DNA of 29,640 nt from an uncultured archaeon (GTDB taxonomy: Archaea; Asgardarchaeota; Lokiarchaeia; Sigyniarchaeales; SOKP01), in assembly GCA_964388035.1 (NCBI GenBank), contig CAYLZE010000064.1, positions 1 through 29,640 on the forward strand. The letters run 5' to 3'. The notes under the pieces are model-generated. The model had not been told where the DNA came from and ran no database searches. It saw only the letters and a program-made list of their open reading frames with translations. Positions 9,147 through 17,984 of this stretch are shown here, piece after piece. Within the stretch, counting starts at the first letter, position 1, and each line of letters starts with the position of its first letter. The position numbers were made by a program, and so were the translations under genes.

Positions 9147-10580
9147 TCAAATCCTGATTTCTTGAATTGTATCAAAGATATTATCGATTCTTTCTTTAAA
9201 TGAACCAAATAAGCCCTCTTCTTCTGATACTACGGAGTTCACAGCAGTTTTAATCCCATAATGCCCTTCAGAAATAATCACACGTATGGGAAGGGTGAGA
9301 AATTCACTCACTAATAAAACTATTTCTTGAATAATGGATATAATTTTAGGAAATCTTTCTCTTGTCTTATCAATCGTTGAAGCATCTGAATCGATCAAGC
9401 CATCTTCGCGTTCCTTCTTTAATTCCTCCCAAATATTCTCCTTCAAATCTGAAAAAACAATCCCTAAATTTTCAAGAGCGATTTGGGCACCCTCAAAGAA
9501 AAATATTATATCATCCTTCCCAGAGAATTTTTTAACATTTTGTACCATCTCTAGCGGAGCTAATCCCTCAAGGAAGTTAACAAAAAGTTGATGGTAATCA
9601 TTAATAACATCTAAAGGAATGAACAATAATATCATTTGGTTTAATTGCTTGAATATATAACCAAATACTTTTGCAAAAACATTATTTTGAAGAATTTTTT
9701 CTACAAGCCCTCCATATTCATTTAATAGATGTATGAATAGAAATCCCAGTATTCTTATCATATCTTCTTCATAATTTTGGAAATATTCAAAGAAATTTTC
9801 CGGTTCTAAATTCATTTTTTCCCGTATAAGCGTGGCTACCCTTTGTTTCACATTCTCCAAAGGCTCATCGAAATATTGCTCGAGTTTATCTAAGGATAAA
9901 TAATCTTGAATTCTATCTACAACATCCATTTTAGTCTCCTGAATGTAATCTTCTTCTAATATTTCCTCGGAACCAGCAAACTCTTTCCATTCATTATAAT
10001 CATACACTTTACAAATTAGTTGTAGACTATCCTCTCCTCTTGCGATACATTTTTTCTCAGAAATTCCAATGCGATAATCGTTTTTTTTTAATTTTAAAAT
10101 ATAATTAGCGACACTTTCTAGCATGCCACATAATCCACAAGCCATTCCCTCAGAATCCTTTCCTTTCACCTTAGCAAAATTAAAAGTATCTTCGGAATCA
10201 TCTCCATATCCTCCGCAGATTGGACATTTCTTAATCGTAATCATATAATCCTCATACTTTGAAGTGCCCTTAGGTAACACTTCATATGTATATTCACCGA
10301 TATCTAAACCAAATACTATACTCCATAAAATTTCAAAATATTCAATTACCTTCCCAGGAGTTCCGGGCATGAATTTAAAGATGTTAGAATGCCTTTCGCA
10401 TGATTCTAAAGCCGATTTTCTGCCAATTTCCTTGAGAATTAAAAGAGATTTTTCTTCACTTTCTGTAATTTCATTGATCTCCTTTAAAATTTCTCTATAT
10501 AATAGATTATAAAATAATGCAGTGGTTGTACGGCTAAATACCCTAGTAACTTTTTTTAATAACCATTGTATTGCCCCCAT
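9147..10580 (-). CDS. V4R/TRAPP-Bet3-fold protein with a long acidic helical C-terminal extension (477 aa)
   Basis: Start moved to ATG 10580 (GGTGAGG SD upstream; 1 nt after the upstream stop). Motifs LKEIGRKSA, LWSIVFG, ITIKKCPIC, ACGLCGMLE, EKKCIARGED are V4R-type. Confidence 0.72.
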   Translation of the reverse strand: MGAIQWLLKKVTRVFSRTTTALFYNLLYREILKEINEITESEEKSLLILKEIGRKSALESCERHSNIFKFMPGTPGKVIEYFEILWSIVFGLDIGEYTYEVLPKGTSKYEDYMITIKKCPICGGYGDDSEDTFNFAKVKGKDSEGMACGLCGMLESVANYILKLKKNDYRIGISEKKCIARGEDSLQLICKVYDYNEWKEFAGSEEILEEDYIQETKMDVVDRIQDYLSLDKLEQYFDEPLENVKQRVATLIREKMNLEPENFFEYFQNYEEDMIRILGFLFIHLLNEYGGLVEKILQNNVFAKVFGYIFKQLNQMILLFIPLDVINDYHQLFVNFLEGLAPLEMVQNVKKFSGKDDIIFFFEGAQIALENLGIVFSDLKENIWEELKKEREDGLIDSDASTIDKTRERFPKIISIIQEIVLLVSEFLTLPIRVIISEGHYGIKTAVNSVVSEEEGLFGSFKERIDNIFDTIQEIRI

Positions 10581-10581
10581 T

Positions 10582-11100
10582 TTACCGTTCCTCACCTTCT
10601 TGATATTTAAATAGTTGAATACATGATGAATTACCATATGAGGTAGATTCAATGACATCAATAGGAATTAGAAATATAGATGATTTTTGAGGGGAATTAA
10701 TATTTACTTGAGATATTAATTCTGAAACAAATCCAAGTAAAATCTCACAACCCGCTATTTCTAAGTCTTCATAGTGGTATTTACATAACGCACAATTTTT
10801 ATCAATTATTTTAACTAAATGATCATTTTCCTCTATGTCAATACTTATTGAGCTATTCAACACCTTTCTATATAGGGTTGTAATGAAATCTTTTAGATTA
10901 TCTAAATTGACTTGATTGATAGGTTTCCAATATTTATTGAACGTCTTGGCTATGTTAACTCCCATTCTCCTCAATCTTTTTTTTATTTCAAGATGTTCTA
11001 TGCTATTATCCTTCATGAAACGCGCTAGATGATATATGGCGTTACGCATTTGATTTGATACAGCCTGTATTTCTACTAAATCAGTTCTTGAATAATTCAT
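10582..11100 (-). CDS. Stand-alone V4R/TRAPP-Bet3-fold protein (172 aa)
   Basis: RLRRMGVNIAKTF resembles the Bet3 LxxMGxxIG helix. Also IIDKNCALC, GCEILLGFVSEL and a C-terminal GNSSC. Confidence 0.68.
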   Translation of the reverse strand: MNYSRTDLVEIQAVSNQMRNAIYHLARFMKDNSIEHLEIKKRLRRMGVNIAKTFNKYWKPINQVNLDNLKDFITTLYRKVLNSSISIDIEENDHLVKIIDKNCALCKYHYEDLEIAGCEILLGFVSELISQVNINSPQKSSIFLIPIDVIESTSYGNSSCIQLFKYQEGEER

Positions 11101-11326
11101 TTTATCTTAAAACAGATACTTAGTTATAAAAATAAGTTATGAAAAAAACCATTCATTAAAAGTTTTTTAATTGCATTAAGACGATTATTAATATTTAAAA
11201 AGTAAGTAGAATTACGTGAAAATTATTGTTTTTAAAAATTCTATATAAATCTACATGTAGATGAATGTCCAAATAAAGAGTAATAATAAAAAAGAATAGT
11301 AATTCAAATGGAGAATAAAGAAATGC

Positions 11327-11680
11327 TCACATTTTTTCAATGATCTCTCTTAGAATTTGCTCTCCTACAGCACCTACCATTATTCCTTTGTTCACTAGAC
11401 TACGATTTTGAATGATGATTTCATTATCCAACAATTTACCATTATTGAAGAATAACAACGTAGGAATGGCAGTAATTCCGAAAAGATTACCAAGGGGTCT
11501 ATTTTGGTCAAGATCTACTTGGATTAATTGTATTAATCCCTCGTCTCTTAATTTATGAAGAATTGGGGCAACAAACTTACAGGGCCCACACCAGGTCGTG
11601 AATATATCAATAAGTAATTTTCCTTTCTTCATATCTTCAGTGATTTCTATACCAACATCTCTTAATTTTTCAATATCCAA
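11327..11680 (-). CDS. trxA: Thioredoxin
   Basis: WCGPC active site, VDLDQN, GITAIPTLLFF cis-Pro loop. TTG start preceded by a GGTGA SD. Confidence 0.92.
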   Translation of the reverse strand: MDIEKLRDVGIEITEDMKKGKLLIDIFTTWCGPCKFVAPILHKLRDEGLIQLIQVDLDQNRPLGNLFGITAIPTLLFFNNGKLLDNEIIIQNRSLVNKGIMVGAVGEQILREIIEKM

Positions 11681-11956
11681 TGGAATTCAACTCACCAGTT
11701 TGTTTAAGTTCTTTTAATCACAATAATTTGATTTCAAAAATCAGTTGTAATTACTCTGACTTTTATAAATATTATAAAAAGAAAAAATAAATAATTTTAG
11801 GTTTTAAACCATTAAAATCTATGAAAATTCTATTATGAATTATTATGCTTAGAGAGAAATTATTTCTAAGTAATAGAGTTATAATTGAAAAAAAATAATT
11901 TTAAAATGAACTATAAGTTATTATAATTAAGATTAAAATAAGATATTAAAAAAAAA

Positions 11957-12460
11957 ATGGCTACAATTGACTTTGAATTTAGAAAGCAGATTCTTGAAAA
12001 TAGTATAGGAGATACGTTAGCTTATTGTTATCAATGTGCCACGTGTAGTGGGGCTTGTCCCGTTGCACAAGTCACGCAAGGGAGATATAATCCCAGAAGA
12101 TTGATCTTGGATTCTTTATTGGGTTTAAAAGAAAAGATTTTTGGAAAAAATAATGCTTTCGCTATTTGGGGCTGCACTGTGTGCGATACTTGTGATGAAG
12201 TTTGCCCACAAAAGGTAGAATTAACAGAAATTTTTACCCTCCTGAAAAATATTAGTGTAGAGCGAGGAGAAGCTCCAGAACATTATACTGCGCAAGCATC
12301 AATAATACTAGATGCAGGAAAAGCAATACCCATGCAGTCTGCGATTGAACGAAGAAGAGAGCAATTAGGATTACCAAAAATTATGGAACCTGATTTGAAA
12401 GAGGTTCAAGAACTCTTAAAAACCACAAAAATAGCGGAAAAGATTAAAAAAGAAATATAA
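11957..12460 (+). CDS. hdrC: Heterodisulfide reductase subunit C-like 2x[4Fe-4S] protein
   Basis: CYQCATCSGACP, YNPRRLI, WGCTVCDTCDEVCPQ and C-terminal RREQLGLP are typical of HdrC. Confidence 0.88.
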   Translation: MATIDFEFRKQILENSIGDTLAYCYQCATCSGACPVAQVTQGRYNPRRLILDSLLGLKEKIFGKNNAFAIWGCTVCDTCDEVCPQKVELTEIFTLLKNISVERGEAPEHYTAQASIILDAGKAIPMQSAIERRREQLGLPKIMEPDLKEVQELLKTTKIAEKIKKEI

Positions 12461-12568
12461 TTTTCCCTCTTTTTATCATGCATTAATAATCATATCATTT
12501 AAGAAAAAAATAGTAAGTTATCTAAGCAGATAGTTTTATGGAATAAAAATTGTATTTTACTAAACGAT

Positions 12569-15352
12569 TTAATTTATGAGAATTGCGGGTTTGCCCGGTA
12601 AGGATTGATTCGCTTTTTTATTTTCGGTTTCCATTTCATTGAAAATTTTAATTTTACATCCATACTTATTCTGAATAATTGGTGATATTTCTTTAAAAAA
12701 CTCCAATTCTTTTTCGGGTGTTAGGGCATATTTTGGATATTTTCCTATATTCTTTAGGATTTTATTTATCGTTTGACTAATGAATTTACCGTGTGGCTTA
12801 AATTTTTCCTCTTTCATCACCAATTTTATCAGTTCGCCTTGATCTTTGTTTTCTCCTATCAAATCCATAAATTTATGATAAAAATCATACTTCCATGACG
12901 TTGCTATAATAATGTGAATCTCATTAATCTCGTCTTTATTGATGACTGTTAGTATTTTTTTAATGTCATCTATGATATCTTTTGTTAAATTCCATTTGTA
13001 CTCATTTTCTTCAGTTAAAACAGTTTCATCACAATTTGGCCATTCCGCTAGACTCATATAACTTTTATTTCCGAGTATTTCCCATAACTCCTCCGTAATG
13101 TGGGGGACTATAGGATGAAGTAATAAAGTTAATTTAATCTGGCATTCTTGGAAAATACTTTTAATTACGCCCCTTTTCTTATATTTGGAAAGTTCAGATG
13201 TAAATTGAATAATTTGATTTATAGCGTCTCTAATAGCAATCGTTCCCAAATAAGAGGTTACTAATTTAATCGTTTTATTCAAATTATAAATGATAAGGGT
13301 ATCATATATGGTTATCTTTTTTCTCTTTGAAGAGATTGGCTCTGCGATTAATTTAAATGTGTTTGTCAAGAACCTATAAGCAAAACTAACAGCATCATCG
13401 GACCATTCTAATCCTGATTCTGGACTGGCTCCAAATAAAATAAAAAACCTTGATGCATCTGCTCCATATTTATTCATTATCCCAATTGGATCAACAGTGT
13501 TACCTAAACTCTTGCTCATTTTTACACTTTTTAATATATATTCGGTACCGCATCTTTTACAATTCTTGTTGTTTATTTCTGCTTTAACAGCAAAAGTATC
13601 ACAAGTAGGGCAGTATGGATGAACCTTATTTATCATCCCCTGAGTCAACAATCTCTGGAATGGTTCATTATGAGAATGAAGGCCAAGATCACGACTAACT
13701 TTCGTCCAAAATCGAGCATATAATAAATGCATGACCGCATGTTCAATCCCTCCAATATATTGGTCAACATTACCCCAATAATCAACCAATTCCTTTCTAT
13801 AAGGCAATACCTCAACTTCCTCAGGATCACAAAATTTAAAAAAATACCAAGAACTGTCCACGAATGTGTCCATGGTATCAGTTTCTCTTCTTGCATCTTT
13901 TTTACCACATTTTGGGCATTTTACATTTTTGAAGTTTTTACTAGTTTCAAGGGGATTACCTTTACCGGTAAATTTCACATCTTTTGGAAGCATTACAGGC
14001 AAGTCTCCGTAAGGAACGGGAACTATTCCGCATTCATCACAATAAATAATTGGAATGGGACAACCCCAATACCGTTGACGAGATATCAACCAATTTCTCA
14101 ATTTATAATTAATAGTTGCTTCTCCTACATTCAATTCTTTTAATTTTTCAGTGATTTCTCCAATTGCATTGCGATTTTCGATTCCATTAAAATCACCCGA
14201 ATTTACCAAGATCCCATCCCCTTCATAAGCTCTCGTCATTTTCTCTGGCTTTAACTCGTAATCAAAGGGTTGAATTACGATTTTTATAGGAATCTCATAT
14301 TTCTGAGCAAATTCGAAATCTCGCTGATCATGGGCAGGAACTGCCATTACTGCTCCAGCACCATATTCGTAAATTACAAAATTGGAAATATAAACGGGAA
14401 TTTTATCATTCGTTAGAGGGTTAAGGCAATATTTTCCAATGAATATGCCCTTTTTTTCAATATCAACATCGGATCTCTCAAACTTATTTTGTTTCATGAC
14501 ATCATCATACAAAGAATTAAAAGCTTCATCATATTCCGTTCCCTTCACCCATTCTCTCACCCATGGATGTTCTGGCGCAAACACCATGAATGTTACCCCA
14601 AATATCGTATCTGGTCGGGTAGTAAATATATCAATGCTTCGTTCTTCTCCAACTATTGGAAATTTTATAATCGCACCTTTGGATTTTCCAATCCAATTTC
14701 GTTGCATTAATTTTACTTTCTCCGGCCATTCTAAGGAATCCAACCCATTTAAAAGCTCTTCTGCATAATCCCTTATTTTTAAAAACCATTGTGTCAAAAA
14801 CCTCTGTTCTACATCATTATTACATCGCCAACACTTTCCTCCTTGAACTTGTTCGTTTGCTAAAACCGTGGCGCAACTGGGACACCAATTAACATAAGAA
14901 TTTTCTCGGTAAGCTAATCCCTTTTCAAACATTTTAAGAAAGAACCATTGATCCCATTTATAATAATTAATATTATGACTATATACCATGCGGGTCCAAT
15001 CATAGGATAACCCTATCCTTTGTTGCTGTTCTTTAATGGCTTCTATATTTGCATCTGTCCATTCTTCCGGATTAATGCCGTGATCAATAGCAGCATTTTC
15101 CGCTGGAAGTCCAAACGAGTCATAACCCATGGGATATAATACATTAAAACCGCACATTCGTTTATATCGAGCATATGCATCTCCGATAGAATAATTTCGA
15201 AGATGTCCCATATGAAGATGGGAAGAAGGATAGGGATACATTTCGAGAACATAATACTTTTCCTTATTGGGATCCATCTCTACCTCGAATATTGCATCTT
15301 TCTTCCATCTTTCTTGCCATTTCTTCTCAATTTTTAGGGGATCATAATCCAT
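12569..15352 (-). CDS. leuS: Leucyl-tRNA synthetase (bacterial-type core, archaeal-type C-terminal domain)
   Basis: MYPYPS, HMGH, GYDSFGLPAENAA, TVLANEQV, FTTRPDT, GAVMAVPAHDQRD (CP1 editing), ISRQRYWG, RETDTMDTF, GGIEHA, KMSKS. GGTGA SD. Confidence 0.97.
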   Translation of the reverse strand: MDYDPLKIEKKWQERWKKDAIFEVEMDPNKEKYYVLEMYPYPSSHLHMGHLRNYSIGDAYARYKRMCGFNVLYPMGYDSFGLPAENAAIDHGINPEEWTDANIEAIKEQQQRIGLSYDWTRMVYSHNINYYKWDQWFFLKMFEKGLAYRENSYVNWCPSCATVLANEQVQGGKCWRCNNDVEQRFLTQWFLKIRDYAEELLNGLDSLEWPEKVKLMQRNWIGKSKGAIIKFPIVGEERSIDIFTTRPDTIFGVTFMVFAPEHPWVREWVKGTEYDEAFNSLYDDVMKQNKFERSDVDIEKKGIFIGKYCLNPLTNDKIPVYISNFVIYEYGAGAVMAVPAHDQRDFEFAQKYEIPIKIVIQPFDYELKPEKMTRAYEGDGILVNSGDFNGIENRNAIGEITEKLKELNVGEATINYKLRNWLISRQRYWGCPIPIIYCDECGIVPVPYGDLPVMLPKDVKFTGKGNPLETSKNFKNVKCPKCGKKDARRETDTMDTFVDSSWYFFKFCDPEEVEVLPYRKELVDYWGNVDQYIGGIEHAVMHLLYARFWTKVSRDLGLHSHNEPFQRLLTQGMINKVHPYCPTCDTFAVKAEINNKNCKRCGTEYILKSVKMSKSLGNTVDPIGIMNKYGADASRFFILFGASPESGLEWSDDAVSFAYRFLTNTFKLIAEPISSKRKKITIYDTLIIYNLNKTIKLVTSYLGTIAIRDAINQIIQFTSELSKYKKRGVIKSIFQECQIKLTLLLHPIVPHITEELWEILGNKSYMSLAEWPNCDETVLTEENEYKWNLTKDIIDDIKKILTVINKDEINEIHIIIATSWKYDFYHKFMDLIGENKDQGELIKLVMKEEKFKPHGKFISQTINKILKNIGKYPKYALTPEKELEFFKEISPIIQNKYGCKIKIFNEMETENKKANQSLPGKPAILIN

Positions 15353-15694
15353 AATATCACCAATTAATTATGCAATTCGTTTTTTAGTTTTCTCTCGATT
15401 TTAATTATTATAATATATAAAAAATAAGATGAAACATGTTTTACTCTTCCGTATTATCATGAATCAATTATAACCATGTATTCATTTTCATTTATGTAAA
15501 TAGAAAGATCTAAATTATTTTTTCTCCCATAGCATTAAATCTACAAATTTAATCAAAAAATATTTTAAATAACTATTTATAGTTTGGATAAAAATTAATG
15601 AAATTAATAATCTTATATTTCCAGTTTATTAGAATTTTAAATAAATTATTTCTAATTAATTTTTTCATTTATTGGATTGGATTTTTCTCTGAAA

Positions 15695-15708
15695 TAGGAT
15701 AAATCCTA
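15695..15708. promoter_or_regulatory. Palindrome TAGGAT-AA-ATCCTA, possible protein-binding site
   Basis: Seen directly in the 458-nt intergenic region upstream of leuS. Function is inferred only. Confidence 0.2.
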
Positions 15709-15810
15709 AAATAGAATTTCCAAAATAAGTTCATGAAGGATGAATACTAACGATTTTGTATAAATATTTATTTTGCTTGAAAAACAATTACTCTTTTTAC
15801 TTTATATATA

Positions 15811-16917
15811 TCAAGCGTTTTTACTATTCCAGAGATATTTGATTAAAATCGCCTTCTTATATAGTTTTTCTATTTTCTCTCCAATCTTAGAGAAATCATG
15901 ATATTCTAATACTTTTTTCTTAGCATTTTGAATTAAATTTTTTGCATAATCTTTATCATTGATAATTTTTTGAATTCCACGTTCATAATCTAAGAAGGAG
16001 TGAGCTTTAATACATGATTTTCCATCTTCTATCCAATCATAAGCGGGAAGGTCACTGGCGATTATGGGTAACTCACAGATTGCAGCTTCAATTAAGGGAA
16101 TTCCTTGATTTTCCACCCTTGATGTATTTAAAAATAAATCTGAACCATAGTAAGCTTCTCTAATATCTTTATAATAACCAGTAAAAATTACATTTTTTAA
16201 TTTTAAAGCTTCATCTATATCAGGATTATTATTTAAAGGACCTACCCACACGAAATAATAATACGGAAAGGATTTGGCGATATTAGCAAATTTATTTACT
16301 CCTTTCTTCTTCCAAGTGAGACCAACATTAAGAATGATCGTGGCTTGTTTTGGAATGGCGTAATTTTCAAATAGAAAATTCCTGAAATTTTGCCTAAAAT
16401 CTTTTTTTTCCTTAAACTTTTCAATCCTAATTCCATTACTAACCACGTAAATTGGATATGTTCTGGAATGTTGAAAATTTAAAATACACTGTTTGGAATA
16501 TTGGCTCGGAGTAATTAATAGATTTGCTGTACTGTAGAGAAGTTTTAACCAAAACTTAAAAATGCTATTAAAAATATTGGTATCGGGTAAGAAATTTCCT
16601 GCAATATCCTCCACGGTTGTATGAGCGTGAATTACAACTGCTGCGGTTTTTTTGAATTTCTTCTTCAATCTTAATAATTTGAACAAAGTTAAGGGATCAA
16701 ACGAGGAAGTTGCTATGATATCAACATCTCCATCTCGGATCCATTCTGGTTCATTTGGATCTTTTTCGATTGCCCATACATTATGACCTCTCTTTCTCAA
16801 TTCTAGTATAACATTTTCCGTATTAACCTCGATTCCTCCAATTGTTTTAATATCTGTAATTTTTTTATATAGAGAAAAAAAGGTTATAAAAATGATATTC
16901 AACTTACTTTTATTCAT
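15811..16917 (-). CDS. Glycosyltransferase family 4 (GT-B)
   Basis: GGIE, LRKRGHNV, HAHT, ITPS, VVSNGI, NVIFTGY, and the E-x7-E motif ENQGIPLIE followed by PIIASDLP. Confidence 0.92.
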   Translation of the reverse strand: MNKSKLNIIFITFFSLYKKITDIKTIGGIEVNTENVILELRKRGHNVWAIEKDPNEPEWIRDGDVDIIATSSFDPLTLFKLLRLKKKFKKTAAVVIHAHTTVEDIAGNFLPDTNIFNSIFKFWLKLLYSTANLLITPSQYSKQCILNFQHSRTYPIYVVSNGIRIEKFKEKKDFRQNFRNFLFENYAIPKQATIILNVGLTWKKKGVNKFANIAKSFPYYYFVWVGPLNNNPDIDEALKLKNVIFTGYYKDIREAYYGSDLFLNTSRVENQGIPLIEAAICELPIIASDLPAYDWIEDGKSCIKAHSFLDYERGIQKIINDKDYAKNLIQNAKKKVLEYHDFSKIGEKIEKLYKKAILIKYLWNSKNA

Positions 16918-16981
16918 ATTAGGTTGTGTTATGATTTTTAGGAAAAAAACTTAACTTTAAGAAAGAACTAAACTGATTGGG

Positions 16982-17977
16982 ATGGTAGAAAAGATTAGAG
17001 TTTCAGCGGGAACGGCAAGTATACTAGGCTTAGATCGTAGAAATTTCAAAATTCATCCATCAACATGTTACTTAATGACTTATCGCGATGGCAAATGTTT
17101 CGCAAATTGTGCATTTTGTCCGCAAGCTCGAGATGCAAGTAGTTCGGGTGAATTGTTATCGCGAGTATCTTGGCCGGTTTACTCTTTAAGTGAAATGCTT
17201 TCTAAACTAAAGAATTTGAAAAAGTCGAATCAAATTGATAGAATATGTCTACAAACACTTAATTATTCTAATTTTATAACAGATCTCTATGAGATTGTTA
17301 CTAAAATTAAACAAGTGACAGAAATTCCCATTTCCATCGCATTACCTCCTGTTAATAAAGCTTCCTTGATAGAGTTAAAAAATTTAGGGGTTGATAGGGT
17401 AGGCATTGCATTAGATTGTGCATCTTCTGAACTATTTGATGAGATTAAAGGAAGAAAGGCAAATGGACCATATAGATGGGAAAAGCATCTTGAAACCATG
17501 AAAATTGCTTTAAGTATTTTTCCTAATCATGTTTCCACTCATTTAATAGTAGGTGTGGGAGAAAATGAAAAAGAAATGATTCACATCATGGATTATTTAA
17601 ATCAATTAAAAATTATAATATCCCTTTTTGCATTTACACCTATAAAAGGAACAAGATTAGCACAAAGAAAACCCCCTTCCCTGATTAGCTTTAGAAAGAT
17701 ACAGCTTTCACGTTTTCTTATAGTAAATGAAAAAGCAACAGAAGATGACTTTCAATTTGATTTAACTGGGAATATTATAAAGATCAATATTAGCCGTGAT
17801 GAATTAAAAAAATTAATTGAAACAGGCATTCCCTTTTTAACTTCGGGGTGTCCCGGATGTAATCGACCTTTTTATACTTCAAGACCTTCTGGTCCTATAT
17901 ATAACTATCCTAGAACATTGACAAATTATGAAAAAGAAGAAATATTAATTGAATTAGAACAATTTGTAATTCTATAA
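16982..17977 (+). CDS. lipS2: Radical SAM lipoyl synthase component, LipS2-type
   Basis: CxxxCxxC (CFANCAFC) plus C-terminal TSGCPGCNRP, matching the TxGCPxC(N/D)RP motif I recall for Thermococcus LipS2. Adjacent to a lipoate ligase-family gene. Confidence 0.85.
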   Translation: MVEKIRVSAGTASILGLDRRNFKIHPSTCYLMTYRDGKCFANCAFCPQARDASSSGELLSRVSWPVYSLSEMLSKLKNLKKSNQIDRICLQTLNYSNFITDLYEIVTKIKQVTEIPISIALPPVNKASLIELKNLGVDRVGIALDCASSELFDEIKGRKANGPYRWEKHLETMKIALSIFPNHVSTHLIVGVGENEKEMIHIMDYLNQLKIIISLFAFTPIKGTRLAQRKPPSLISFRKIQLSRFLIVNEKATEDDFQFDLTGNIIKINISRDELKKLIETGIPFLTSGCPGCNRPFYTSRPSGPIYNYPRTLTNYEKEEILIELEQFVIL

Positions 17978-17984
17978 TATCGAG

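Noticed and set aside
10581-10661. 27-codon N-terminal extension of the 504-aa ORF in the track
   Set aside because: It overlaps the upstream gene. ATG 10580 has a strong SD and abuts the upstream stop.
15353-15810. Possible leader peptide or T-box upstream of leuS
   Set aside because: The short upstream ORFs are not Leu-rich, and no T-box consensus or stable stems were seen.
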